Of a stretch of DNA of 64,000 bases, positions 1 through 9,580 are shown one piece after another. Numbering within the stretch: the stretch's first letter is position 1; each line of letters starts with the position of its first letter. This DNA comes from Chthoniobacterales bacterium. Lineage in GTDB: Bacteria; Verrucomicrobiota; Verrucomicrobiia; Chthoniobacterales; SZAS-18. The notes below the pieces were generated by a model. That model was not told the origin of the DNA and did not search any database. It was given only the letters and a program-made list of their open reading frames with translations. Location of the stretch: NCBI GenBank assembly GCA_038322235.1, contig JBBQFQ010000021.1:1-64000 (forward strand). Direction: 5' to 3'. Position numbers and translations under genes: made by a program.

Positions 1-309
1 TGGCAGTGGTCGGGGCGAGTGCGGCAACGGGTGCCGCGTTGAGGGTTTCCTGCTTGGTGTTGACTGGTTTAAGGACTCTTGCCCTGCGAATTGTGGGTTG
101 TTTATCCTCCCGGAGCCGCAGAGCGCCCCGGTCGGTTGTCACGATTGGGTGACGCGAGGAGTATTCCCCACCCAGACCGGTCAAAAACGTGGTTCACCCC
201 CCTTCCTCTCTGTAAATTTTTTTTCTTTTCGTCGTAAGTGCCTGGAAACGGATTGCGAAAACAGGCTAAAACGCGTTCAAAATGACGCGATTCACCCCAA
301 TTCCCGCCC

Positions 310-1371
310 ATGCCTCCGAAATCCCGCCGTCTCCCATCCAAGAATCGCCTCAAATCCGCGGGCAAGCCCCGGCTGGTGGAGGTGCCCGTTGACTTGCAGG
401 GCCGGGATGCGAACGACCGGGTCGACCGCGCGCGTCACATCCACGACGCGCTCACGCGGAAGGAATATCCTTCGGCCGTGGGTCTGGGGGATTGGTTTGG
501 CGTCACGGCCGACCGGATCCAGCGGGACGTGAAATGGATGAAATTGCGCGGTCTCCCGATCGAGTACTGCTCCCGGCAGCACGGCTACTTTTACACCCGT
601 CCGGACGTGCAGTTTGCGGAGATGGAGCTGACCGAGGGAGAGATGATCGCGCTCGCGCTCGGGACGCAACTCGCCGTGATGCTGCGCGGCAGTGCCAACG
701 AGGCGTCCTTCGCCTCCGCCTCGGCCAAGCTGGTGAGCGGGCTGCAGACGCGGACCGACTTCGACCTCTCGAAGATGGGCGAGTACATGTCGATCTCCAC
801 CTGCGGGCTGGAGAAGGATCCGGACATGGGGGTCGCGGGCGCGGTGCGGAACGCGCTGTTTTTGCAGCGCGAGATCACCTTCGTCTACCGGAAGCCGGAC
901 AAGTCGGAGAAAGAACGCGTGGTGCAGCCGCTGCACATCCGGAGTGCTTCCGGACTTTGGTACCTGATCTGCTGGGACGTGCGCGAGAAGGGCATCCGGA
1001 TCTACACGCAGAAGCGCATGAGCAAAGTGCGGCGGACCGGGGAGCGCTTCGAACGCCGGCCGTACGACGAGATTCACGCCAAGTTCCGGCACGGCTTGGA
1101 CATCTTCGGCGGCGACAAACCGCAGCCGGTGCGGCTGCGGTTCCGGGGCTACGCGGCGGAGTACGTGCCGCTGAAGCACTGGCACGAGAGCGAGCGCGTC
1201 GAGGAGCATCCGGATGGCACGGTGCTCCTCACGATGCAGTTGGTGGTGAGCAAGGAGGTGGAGCGTTTCATCCTCCAGTGGGGCGAAGAGGTCTTCGTCG
1301 AAGGTCCGCCCGAGCTGGTCGCCGCCGTCCGCGCCCGCTACCGCGCGGCGGACGAGCAATATGACGCATGA
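310..1371 (+). CDS. WYL-domain transcriptional regulator (N-terminal wHTH, central WYL, C-terminal WCX-like; PafBC/BrxR/CapW-like)
   Basis: 353-aa ORF. wHTH-like segment (DRVDRARHIHDALTRKEYPSAVGLGDWFGVTADRIQRDVKWMKLRGLPIEY) followed by the literal WYL motif (SGLWYLICWD) and a C-terminal extension. ATG at 310 sits after an AT-rich upstream tract. Confidence 0.8.
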   Translation: MPPKSRRLPSKNRLKSAGKPRLVEVPVDLQGRDANDRVDRARHIHDALTRKEYPSAVGLGDWFGVTADRIQRDVKWMKLRGLPIEYCSRQHGYFYTRPDVQFAEMELTEGEMIALALGTQLAVMLRGSANEASFASASAKLVSGLQTRTDFDLSKMGEYMSISTCGLEKDPDMGVAGAVRNALFLQREITFVYRKPDKSEKERVVQPLHIRSASGLWYLICWDVREKGIRIYTQKRMSKVRRTGERFERRPYDEIHAKFRHGLDIFGGDKPQPVRLRFRGYAAEYVPLKHWHESERVEEHPDGTVLLTMQLVVSKEVERFILQWGEEVFVEGPPELVAAVRARYRAADEQYDA

Positions 1372-1706
1372 GGGGACGAGGCTGATGGCGGAGCGCTGGG
1401 TGAAGTTGAAGATTGATGTTCGCGTCGCGGACGGGAGCGCTTTTCTCGCCGGTCCGGGCTGCCAATATGGCGGTCTGTGGTTTCTCTTGGCGATCGCCCA
1501 CTTCGGATCGTTCTCTTATTTACCTCGCGCCGGCTAGCCCTCCGGCACCTAGCGGCGCACGACGCACGGTCGTGACCAAGCGCGTGCCGTCGAGCGAGAA
1601 GACGGCGCTGGTCACCCAGATCTCGTGGAGCATGGGCTCGCCGGGGGGCTAGCCGCTCTGGGCGTTCCACAAGCGCGCGGTCTAGACGCGAAACGGTCGC
1701 GCGACT

Positions 1707-2372
1707 TCACTCCGGCTTCGTGCCGTTGAGCGCGCAAAATGCGCGCAGGTATGGATACGAACGAAAACGAATCTTGGGACGGCTTGGCGTCCCGGACAGC
1801 GATGCTCCCATGCTGTGCACCGCGCAGTGGGGAACTTCGACCGAGGTCGTCGTGCTGCTCGTGACCCCGATGGTCGACTCCGTCAGCGCACTGGAAGCGT
1901 TTTGGGTCTTGAGGCTGATTTTCTCGCGTCGGACTTCCGGCGCTCCGCACACGCAACATCCCGGGGGAAACGAAAAGGATGGGGGAACGGTGGTCGTGAA
2001 GATCGGCGTCTCGGCGATTTTGCCCTCATCCGTCTTGGTGAGGGTTCCTTCCGTCCCCTCGACATAGCTGTGGCAGTTGGCGCAAATAACGCCCTCGTTG
2101 GTCCCAGTGGAAAGCCCGCTGAGCGGAGCTCCACATCCTGGACACGTGGACACTCCCGAGCCGGCGAACGCCATGTAGATGAGCAGCAGCCCGACGACTC
2201 CCGGAATCAGTGCCAGGCCCGTCGTGATCAGCCCGCTTGCCATCACCCGGCAAAGCCAGACGCTCAACGCGATGGCGACAATGCCAGCGCCGAGGTAGCC
2301 CAACGTCGCGCTCGCCGAGCGCGTGATTTTGGTCGTCGTATTCATAGAGATTGGATCGTCCAACCGGGCCAC
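1707..2372 (-). CDS. membrane protein with C4 zinc-ribbon (hypothetical)
   Basis: 221-aa ORF with two hydrophobic helices (LGYLGAGIVAIALSVWL; GLALIPGVVGLLLIYMAFAG) then CPGCG..CANCH zinc-ribbon and a low-complexity tail. The ORF-track start is a GTG; an in-frame ATG (MNTTTK) lies 9 codons downstream. Confidence 0.5.
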   Translation of the reverse strand: MARLDDPISMNTTTKITRSASATLGYLGAGIVAIALSVWLCRVMASGLITTGLALIPGVVGLLLIYMAFAGSGVSTCPGCGAPLSGLSTGTNEGVICANCHSYVEGTEGTLTKTDEGKIAETPIFTTTVPPSFSFPPGCCVCGAPEVRREKISLKTQNASSALTESTIGVTSSTTTSVEVPHCAVHSMGASLSGTPSRPKIRFRSYPYLRAFCALNGTKPE

Positions 2373-2793
2373 AGCACCGCCCTCAAGTTCGCGTCATGTC
2401 CCGCGCAGTGGCCCCAGACAAGCCCGGAGTTGGGCAGCGTTCTGGATTTACCGGATCGATCGTGGTCCCGACCCAGCTTCGGGAGCTGCGCAGGGAGGCG
2501 AGCATCCGGCCGTCCTTCTTCTCCTGCTTGCGGACGCATCTTCATCGAGGAGGGCGCGGCCCCTTTCGAGCGCTCCGCCACCCTCGCGGGCGCGGCCGCA
2601 GCGCAGGAGAAGACCAACGCCTCACTCGACGCGGAGCTCGTCCGCATTCACTCCGTCACCTCGACGGTGACCGAGGAACTCGTGCGCAAAAAAGGGGCTC
2701 GGACAACCGGAGCACCGCTCGCCCGGGTGCCGCTCCTGAGCGTGAGTCGCCCGCGTGCAATGACCTTACCCTGGCCGGCCCGCTACGGCCCCG

Positions 2794-4194
2794 CTACGGC
2801 ACCGATCCGCTCACATCGACGAGCGGGGAGTCGAGGCTGAAGGTCACTCCGTTCACGGTGGCGCGGCCGATGATCTGCGCGTCCTCGGGCGTCTCGCCGG
2901 CTTGCGAGTCGGGTTTCGCGTTCCCATGCTGGTCGAGGACGATGGCCCCGGATTGGGCTTGCGACTGGCTGGCTCGTCGGTTTGCGAAGGTCGCGGTCTG
3001 GCTGCGGCTGTTGGCGCTGCCATCGGCGACGGGGACGGAGGAAAGGGTCGCTTCGATGGTGACGGTCTGCTGCAGGGTCTTGTTCAGGCCCACGGCGCGG
3101 AACGTGACGGGCTCGAGGCCGTTGCTCATCAGGCCCTGGCTTTTCTGGGCCCGGTTCACGAGGGCATTCACATTGCGCGAGTCGCGGGAGGTCCGCTCCT
3201 TGTCGGTGCCCGCCACGGCAAGAATTTCGCCGGTGTAGCGGGAGCCGTCGGCATCGACCACGGTGACGCGGTTGCCTTCGAGGAGGACGTCGTATTGCTG
3301 GAGGACGGCGGCTGGCAGGACCTGCTCTTTCGCGAGGGCGTCGGTTGTCGCTTCCTGCCGCGGCGAGTTGGCAACGCCTTGATTCCGGTAGCGCGCCGTT
3401 TGCTGATTGCCGGGGGCAATCCCGCCTGCGAGGACGGGGGCCGGCGCCGGCGCGGACGCGGGCGGGCCCGCGGCGGCGGCTGGTGCCTCCAACTTGAATG
3501 CCGGTGCGACGGGCTGCACGGGCTGCGCGGGCGCGGTCCGGAGCGTCACACTCCCGACCGGTGGGGCCGCCTTCGTCGCGGGCGCGGGAGCCGCATCCGC
3601 GCCGCGACGCGGCCGCGCCGCCGCGCCGCCGGGAGCGACCGCCAGGTCCTTGGCTTTTTCGTGGATGCTGGACGCATCGGCATCCACGGGCGCGGGAGGG
3701 GGAGCGCTCACTCCCTCGTCCCGGCGGCCGCGATCCTCCGCGACGGTGGCGGGCTTCTCCTCGGCGGGGACGGTTGCGGGTGGCGCCGGCGCGACCTCAT
3801 CCGCGACGGCCCGCTTTTCCGGCGCGGCGGGCGCCGGCGGGAGCACGGTTTTTGATTTCGGCGATTCGGCCGGCTTCGGGATGGAACTCATCGCGGGCGC
3901 CTCGAGCGGCGGTTCGCGAAGCCAGGTATTGTTCCAGACGAGGAGCCCGACCATGAGCGTGGCGAGCGCGACGGTGCCGAGAGCCGCCTGCCACCGAAAA
4001 AGTCGGGACCACCAGGAGATCGCCGCGCCGGAGCCGGAGGTTTCGGTGAGGGCGCGCGTGACCTCGCGCTGAAGCGCCGAGCGCATCGGCCCGGGCAGCT
4101 CGACCGGCGCGGGACCCAACTCCGTCCGGCGGCGCTCCGCCTGCGCGCGCAGAGCGGCGTCCAGCGGATGCGGGTGGGGTTCGGGGGAGGCCAT
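2794..4194 (-). CDS. anti-sigma factor (cytoplasmic N-domain, one TM helix, Pro/Ala-rich periplasmic region)
   Basis: ORF lies immediately downstream of the ECF sigma gene (8-nt gap). TM segment AALGTVALATLMVGLLVW about 90 aa in; long PA-rich linker. Start chosen at ATG 4194 (MASPEP); an earlier in-frame start would overlap the sigma gene. Confidence 0.55.
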   Translation of the reverse strand: MASPEPHPHPLDAALRAQAERRRTELGPAPVELPGPMRSALQREVTRALTETSGSGAAISWWSRLFRWQAALGTVALATLMVGLLVWNNTWLREPPLEAPAMSSIPKPAESPKSKTVLPPAPAAPEKRAVADEVAPAPPATVPAEEKPATVAEDRGRRDEGVSAPPPAPVDADASSIHEKAKDLAVAPGGAAARPRRGADAAPAPATKAAPPVGSVTLRTAPAQPVQPVAPAFKLEAPAAAAGPPASAPAPAPVLAGGIAPGNQQTARYRNQGVANSPRQEATTDALAKEQVLPAAVLQQYDVLLEGNRVTVVDADGSRYTGEILAVAGTDKERTSRDSRNVNALVNRAQKSQGLMSNGLEPVTFRAVGLNKTLQQTVTIEATLSSVPVADGSANSRSQTATFANRRASQSQAQSGAIVLDQHGNAKPDSQAGETPEDAQIIGRATVNGVTFSLDSPLVDVSGSVP

Positions 4195-4202
4195 CGGAGG
4201 GA

Positions 4203-4799
4203 TTAGACGGAATCTGGCGGGGGATTGCCCGACGAAAAGACGCGGCGCGCGATTTCCCCGAGGCGATCGAGGCACTTGCTCAGACGGGAGCTGACCGTCT
4301 TCACATTCAATTCGAGCGCGTCAGCGATCTCCTCGTAGCGCAAATCCGCGAAGTAGCGGAGCTCGATGATCTCGCGGCACGGATCGCCCACGCGATCGAG
4401 CGCTTCGCGCAGGAGTCCGGCATTTTCCGCGCGCAGGAGCGCTTCGTCCGGTAGCACGCGCTGATCCACGAGTACCGGGGCGTGGACTTCGTCATCGAGC
4501 GAAGCGGTGAGCGCGCCGCCGCCGCGCTTGCCGGCGTGCTGGCGCGAGCGGTAGTCGAAGGCCTTGTTCGTGGCGATGCGGAGCAGCCAGGTCTGGAAGG
4601 CGCTGCGGCCGTCGAAACTCGCGAGGCTCCGGACGACCGCGACGAACGTTTCCTGCGCGACCTCCTCGGCGTCCTCCCGGCTGAAGCCGCCGGAAAGCTG
4701 GAAGACAAAGCGGAACACCACCGGGTAGTGCGACTCGAAAAGCTCGTCCCACGCGCGCGCGTCGCCAGCCAGACAGCGGGTGCGGAGGGCGGGATCCAT
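4203..4799 (-). CDS. ECF (sigma-70 family) RNA polymerase sigma factor
   Basis: Region 2 (FESHYPVVFRFVFQLSG..DAEEVAQETFVAVVRSL) and region 4 (IELRYFADLRYEEIADALELNVKTVSSRLSK) signatures. Start taken at MDPALRT (ATG 4799) rather than the upstream ORF extension. Confidence 0.8.
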   Translation of the reverse strand: MDPALRTRCLAGDARAWDELFESHYPVVFRFVFQLSGGFSREDAEEVAQETFVAVVRSLASFDGRSAFQTWLLRIATNKAFDYRSRQHAGKRGGGALTASLDDEVHAPVLVDQRVLPDEALLRAENAGLLREALDRVGDPCREIIELRYFADLRYEEIADALELNVKTVSSRLSKCLDRLGEIARRVFSSGNPPPDSV

Positions 4800-4935
4800 C
4801 GAAGCGTTGATCCAACGCAATAATCCCGCCCACCGAAACTCGAATCTCGCAGAATCTTCGGCCGCTGGAGGACGGTGACGACGCGGGCCGAAACAATTTC
4901 GGGAGCATTCGCGCGGCGGTTCCGACCAACTGGTC

Positions 4936-7266
4936 ATGAAACGCCTCGTGCTCTCCCTCGCGCTCTTTGCGCTCTGCCTTCTGCCGCGCTTCGCCGCGGC
5001 GCAGGGGTTCGTGGTGATCGTGGAACCCACCGATCATCGCCCGCCCGTCATTCTTCCCGCTCCGCCTCATCCAGCGCCCTTCGCGCTCGAGACCGCCTCG
5101 CACCGGGTCGGCGTGAAGATCGACGGCCAGATCGCCACGACCACGGTCGAGCAGGAGTTCTACAATCCGTCAGCGCGAGTGATGGAAGGCACCTACCTCT
5201 TCCCGATCCCGCGCGATGCGCAGATCGAGAAGTTCCAGCTCGCGATCGACGGAAAATTCATCGATGCCGAGATGCTCGATGCTGCGAAGGCGCGCTCGAT
5301 CTACGAGGACATCGTGCGGCGGGCCAAGGATCCCGCCCTGCTTGAGTATGCGGGCCAGCGTCTGTTGAAGGCGCGCATCTTTCCGATCGAGCCGCGCTCG
5401 AGCCGGAAGGTGCGCGTGACGTATCGAGAAGTGCTGCCGCTGGACTTTGGCGGGCTGTCCTACCGGTATCCGTTTGCGCACGACAAGGTGGGGAGCACGA
5501 CGGTGCGGGACGCGGGGATCGACGTGGAAGTGCGCTCGGAGCGCGCGTGGTCCTCGGTCTATTCCCCGAGCCACGCGGCGAAGATCGTGAGCGAGGATTC
5601 CGGCCGGCGCGTGCGGATCACCTGGGAGGCGAAGGACACCCGCCCGGGCGCGGACTTCGAATTGATCTGCACGCCGCCGGCGCGGACGGCGGGTGACGTC
5701 GCCCTGACGCTGCTCACTTACCGTGAGCCGGGTGCGGCCGCGGACGAGGAAGGCTTCTTCGCGCTCTTCGCGGCGCCGCCGCCGGAGCGCTCGAAGTCGG
5801 ACGCGGCCGCGAAGGACGTGATCTTCGTGCTCGATACCTCGGGCTCGATGTCGGGCGCGAAGATCGAGCAGGCCCGCAAGGCGCTCCGCTTCTGCGTGGG
5901 TCAGCTCGCGAAGGAGGACCGCTTCGACGTGATCCGCTTCTCCTCCGACAACGAGGCGCTCTTTGGCCGGCTCGAAGCGGCGGACGAAGGAAACCGGAAG
6001 CGCGCGGATGAATTCATCACCGGGCTCCGCGCGATGGGCGGCACGGCAATCCACGATGCGCTGAAGCGGGCGATCGAGGCGCGTCCCAAGGAAGGAACCC
6101 GTCCGTTCGTGGTGATCTTCCTCACGGATGGCATCGCGAACATCGGGCCCTCCAGTAACGACGACATCCTCGGGATGGTGCGGCGCACCGGGGGCGGCGC
6201 GGGCGCCCGGATCTTCAGCTTCGGGATCGGGAATGATGTGAACACGCACTTGCTCGATCGCATCGCCGGCGAGACGCGCGCGGTCAGCACCTACGTGCTG
6301 CCGGAGGAGGACATCGAGATCAAGCTCTCGAACTTCTTCGCGAAGATCACGGAGCCGGTTTTGACGGATCTGAAGCTGAGCGTTGAAGGGGAGGGGGCGC
6401 GGCTGAATGCGCTTCATCCGCAGGCCCTGCCCGATCTCTTCGCGGGCGATCAACTCGTGCTCGTCGGGCGCTATCGCGGGAAGGGCGACGCCCAGCTCAA
6501 GCTCGCGGGCAAGCGCGCCGGCCGCGAGGTGGTGATCGCAGAAAAAGTCTCGCTCGATGCGCCCACGGCGCGGGATTCGGCGCGGGAATTCATTCCGCGG
6601 CTCTGGGCGACGCGCCGCGTGGCCTATCTGCTCGATGAAATCCGCCTGCAAGGGGAGAACAGCGAAGTCCGGGACGAGGTCACGAAGCTCGCGCGGAAGT
6701 TCGGCATCGTGACGCCCTACACCGCGTATCTGATCGTCGAGGACGAGGCGCGCCGGAACGTCGCGAGCGACCGCCGTTCCATGAACGAACTCGGGAAGGA
6801 TCAAGCCGCGACGCGGGTCGCCGAGGAGGCCTACACCGGCTTCAAGCGTGACCAGAGTGGAGCAGGCGCGGTCGCAAATGCCCGCTCGCAAAACGCGGTC
6901 TTGGATGCGGCCCAGGCTCCGGCGGCGCTCGATTACGCGAACAAGGAGGCGTTTCGCGCGGCGAAGGCCGCCCCAGCGTCGCCGGGCCAACCGAAGAAGG
7001 CGGAAGCGATCGGCCGGCTCGAGCGCTTTGCCGCGCAGGGCGCGCGCTTCGTGAATGGCCGCGCGTTCTACCAGAACGGCACGCAGTGGGTCGACTCCAC
7101 GCTCCAGGGGAAGGCGAAGACGGAGAATCCGCCGAAGCGCGTGCAGGTCGGATCCGACGAGTACTTCAAGCTCCTCAATGACCACCCGGATGCCGCGGCC
7201 TGGTTCGCCCTCGGTCGCAATGTCCTCATCCAGCTCGGAGGCGTGGATTACGAAATTCACGAGTGA
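4936..7266 (+). CDS. secreted VIT (vault inter-alpha-trypsin) domain + von Willebrand factor A domain protein
   Basis: 776 aa. Signal peptide MKRLVLSLALFALCLLPRFAAAQG; VIT-like N-domain; vWA MIDAS motif (VIFVLDTSGSMSG ... TDG). Divergent from the ECF sigma gene. Confidence 0.85.
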   Translation: MKRLVLSLALFALCLLPRFAAAQGFVVIVEPTDHRPPVILPAPPHPAPFALETASHRVGVKIDGQIATTTVEQEFYNPSARVMEGTYLFPIPRDAQIEKFQLAIDGKFIDAEMLDAAKARSIYEDIVRRAKDPALLEYAGQRLLKARIFPIEPRSSRKVRVTYREVLPLDFGGLSYRYPFAHDKVGSTTVRDAGIDVEVRSERAWSSVYSPSHAAKIVSEDSGRRVRITWEAKDTRPGADFELICTPPARTAGDVALTLLTYREPGAAADEEGFFALFAAPPPERSKSDAAAKDVIFVLDTSGSMSGAKIEQARKALRFCVGQLAKEDRFDVIRFSSDNEALFGRLEAADEGNRKRADEFITGLRAMGGTAIHDALKRAIEARPKEGTRPFVVIFLTDGIANIGPSSNDDILGMVRRTGGGAGARIFSFGIGNDVNTHLLDRIAGETRAVSTYVLPEEDIEIKLSNFFAKITEPVLTDLKLSVEGEGARLNALHPQALPDLFAGDQLVLVGRYRGKGDAQLKLAGKRAGREVVIAEKVSLDAPTARDSAREFIPRLWATRRVAYLLDEIRLQGENSEVRDEVTKLARKFGIVTPYTAYLIVEDEARRNVASDRRSMNELGKDQAATRVAEEAYTGFKRDQSGAGAVANARSQNAVLDAAQAPAALDYANKEAFRAAKAAPASPGQPKKAEAIGRLERFAAQGARFVNGRAFYQNGTQWVDSTLQGKAKTENPPKRVQVGSDEYFKLLNDHPDAAAWFALGRNVLIQLGGVDYEIHE

Positions 7267-7318
7267 GCCCGTTTCATCCCCCGTCGCCCCCAACGCAGCC
7301 CACCCAGTCATCAAAGCC

Positions 7319-8449
7319 ATGAAGAAACTCGTTCGCTCGCTTGCCGCCCTCGCGGCGCTCGCCGGCTCGGTGTTCGCCTCCGCGGACGCCACTCCGAAAA
7401 AGCCCGTCGCTCCGCCTCGCATCGAAGTCTGCTTCGTCCTCGACACCACCGGCTCGATGTCCGGTCTGATCGAGGGCGCGAAGCAGAAGATCTGGGCGAT
7501 CGCGAACCAGATGATCGCCGCGAAACCCAAACCCGAATTGAAGTTCGCGCTCGTCGCCTACCGCGACCGCGGAGATGCCTACATCGTGACGTCGCACCCG
7601 CTCACGGACGATCTGGATGCGATCTACGCCAAACTTCGCGAGTTCCACGCCGATGGCGGAGGCGACTGGCCGGAGTCGGTCAATGCCGCCCTTGAGGAGG
7701 CCATCCGCCGCACCGCGTGGAGCACCGACAAGGAGACGCTCAAGCTCGTCTTCCTCGTCGGGGACGCGCCGCCGCACATGGACTATCCGGACGACGTGAA
7801 ATACCCCGTCCTCTGCGCGGAAGCGCTGAAGCGCGGGATCATCATCAACACGGTCCAGTGCGGCCATGCCGAGGACACCCGGATCGTTTGGCGCGAAATC
7901 GCCAAGTTGGGCGAAGGCGAGTACTCCGCGATCGCGCAGGAAGGCGGCATGCGGGAGGTCGAGACGCCCTTCGACAAGCGTCTCTCCGAGCTCAACCGCG
8001 ACATCGGCACGACCATCGTGCCCTACGGCGGGGCCGCGAAGCGCGCCGAGGTGCAGGCGAAGCAGGGCGCTTCGGAGGAGGCCGCACCCGCCGCGGCGTC
8101 GGATCGCCTGATGTTCAACGCGGCGACCGCCAAGACCGTGCAGGGTGGGGGCGAATTGCTCGATGCGCTGAAGGCGGGTGCGATCAAGCCCGAGGCCATC
8201 GAAAAGGAGAAGCTGCCGGAAGATTGGCGAAAGCTCGATCCGGAGGCGCGGCAGAAGAAGCTCGCCGAGTTGTCCGAACGGCGCGCGACGCTCCAGACGG
8301 AAATCAACGCGCTGGCGAGGGATCGCTCGGACTTCCTGAAGAAGGAGGAAGCCCGGGTCGCGGCCGACGGAAAAGGCGACGGGTTCGATGCCCAGGTCGG
8401 AACGATGTTCCGGGAGCAGGCGAAGCGGCGGGGTTTGACGCTGGAGTAG
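7319..8449 (+). CDS. secreted vWA domain protein
   Basis: Signal peptide MKKLVRSLAALAALAGSVFA; vWA MIDAS (CFVLDTTGSMSG ... VGDAPPH); coiled-coil C-terminus. ATG at 7319 inside a longer upstream ORF. Confidence 0.8.
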   Translation: MKKLVRSLAALAALAGSVFASADATPKKPVAPPRIEVCFVLDTTGSMSGLIEGAKQKIWAIANQMIAAKPKPELKFALVAYRDRGDAYIVTSHPLTDDLDAIYAKLREFHADGGGDWPESVNAALEEAIRRTAWSTDKETLKLVFLVGDAPPHMDYPDDVKYPVLCAEALKRGIIINTVQCGHAEDTRIVWREIAKLGEGEYSAIAQEGGMREVETPFDKRLSELNRDIGTTIVPYGGAAKRAEVQAKQGASEEAAPAAASDRLMFNAATAKTVQGGGELLDALKAGAIKPEAIEKEKLPEDWRKLDPEARQKKLAELSERRATLQTEINALARDRSDFLKKEEARVAADGKGDGFDAQVGTMFREQAKRRGLTLE

Positions 8450-8546
8450 CCCGCCCTGCGCGAGCGGCGCCGCCTTCCGGAAAACGGGTGGCGGCGCTTT
8501 TCCGCGCCCGCGGGCCGCGCGGCGCGAGCGCCCTCGATCAGGAAAA

Positions 8547-9278
8547 ATGAGGGAACGCGGCCCCGTGCTATCTTCCCTGATGGGTGAGTCTCCTTCGTCT
8601 TCCGCCAGCGCCCGCCGCATCCACGCAGCCGAGGATCGGGTCGTCGGTCTCACGGCCGGACGTCTGGCGCTGGTCGGCGCGTTGGCGGTGGCGGCTCTGA
8701 CCGCATTCATGCTCTCGAACCGGCGCGCCGTCGCGCCCGCGGACCTGCGCATCGCCTGTGAGTCCGTGGAGCGGGACCGGACCATCATTCCGCTGCTCGA
8801 CCCGAGCCTGGAGCTGCCGCCGTCCGGGCCAGGCCAGGCCAGCCCGCGGCTTCAGCTGGCGCCGGTGGCGACGTCGGTCCGAACTCCGGAGGTCGAGCTG
8901 CGCTGGCGTCCGCTCCCGGCGGAGATGTCCGTGCGCGTCACGCTGAGACCGCTTCCGGATGGCGCCAGCATCGAGAGTCCGGTGCTCCCGGCTGGCACGA
9001 CTTCGTGGCGCCCGCCTGGCCTCGCGGCCGGTGCCCGCTATGAGTGGCAGGTTAGCGGTGCGGCCGGACCACCGGCCCGCTTCCGCATTCTCAGCGACGG
9101 TGAACGTGAGGCGATCGAGCAGCTCGAACGCGACTTCCGGTATGATCCCTTTCTGATCGGCGTGGCGCGGGTGCAGGTGGGCCTGCGCGAGGATGCCCGC
9201 GTCGCCTTTGCGGCGCTCCGGGAGGATCCGCAGCGGGGCGCGCTGGCCAAACGAATCTTTGACGAGCTGGCGCGGTAG
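8547..9278 (+). CDS. hypothetical membrane-anchored protein
   Basis: 243-aa ORF with N-terminal TM anchor (LALVGALAVAALTAFML). Followed by a GC hairpin (CGTCGTC..GACGACG). No recognisable domain. Confidence 0.45.
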   Translation: MRERGPVLSSLMGESPSSSASARRIHAAEDRVVGLTAGRLALVGALAVAALTAFMLSNRRAVAPADLRIACESVERDRTIIPLLDPSLELPPSGPGQASPRLQLAPVATSVRTPEVELRWRPLPAEMSVRVTLRPLPDGASIESPVLPAGTTSWRPPGLAAGARYEWQVSGAAGPPARFRILSDGEREAIEQLERDFRYDPFLIGVARVQVGLREDARVAFAALREDPQRGALAKRIFDELAR

Positions 9279-9580
9279 CGGTCGTCGAGGCGCGGACGAC
9301 GCGACAACGCCCAGTCTGACTTCGAGCCGAAGACCCCGTCCTGAAGGCATCGAGTTCCGCCGCCCCTGCCGGGGCTCGATGGCTCTCGGCGACAACCGGT
9401 GGCTCACGCCAACCGGCAGCCGAGCCAGCGAGACCGATCGACATTCTTCGACTGCTTTCTTCCGATCGATCAATTTTCCGGGGCCTTCCAGGGCAGGACC
9501 TGCGTGACGCATCTCGCATCCAGCGCGCATCCATCCGAAATCCACCTGATCTCAATGTCGATCGGCATCGGCCCCGCCGC

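Noticed and set aside
1413-1652. 79-aa ORF between the WYL gene and the membrane protein.
   Set aside because: No SD, no features, and overlapped by an equally featureless antisense ORF. Likely non-coding.
2351-3238. 295-aa plus-strand ORF in the 420-bp gap between the anti-sigma gene and the Zn-ribbon membrane gene.
   Set aside because: Arg-rich low-complexity translation that overlaps the anti-sigma gene on the other strand, with no start context. The gap is better treated as intergenic, containing a GTCACC-TCGAC-GGTGAC hairpin.
5170-7530. 786-aa ORF antisense to the VIT-vWA gene. Similar long antisense ORFs exist at 7274..8788, 12559..14058, 16230..17426, 17492..20092, 20440..21564, 22355..23401, 23772..24803, 26412..27506, 33026..34135, 34452..36028, 41521..42891, 45914..47669, 47290..48459, 54070..55755, 55536..56558, 57805..59481, 59626..61098 and 60972..63302.
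   Set aside because: The Arg/Ala/Gly-rich low-complexity translations are typical of shadow ORFs in about 68% GC DNA. In every case the opposite strand carries recognisable catalytic motifs, signal peptides or domain signatures.
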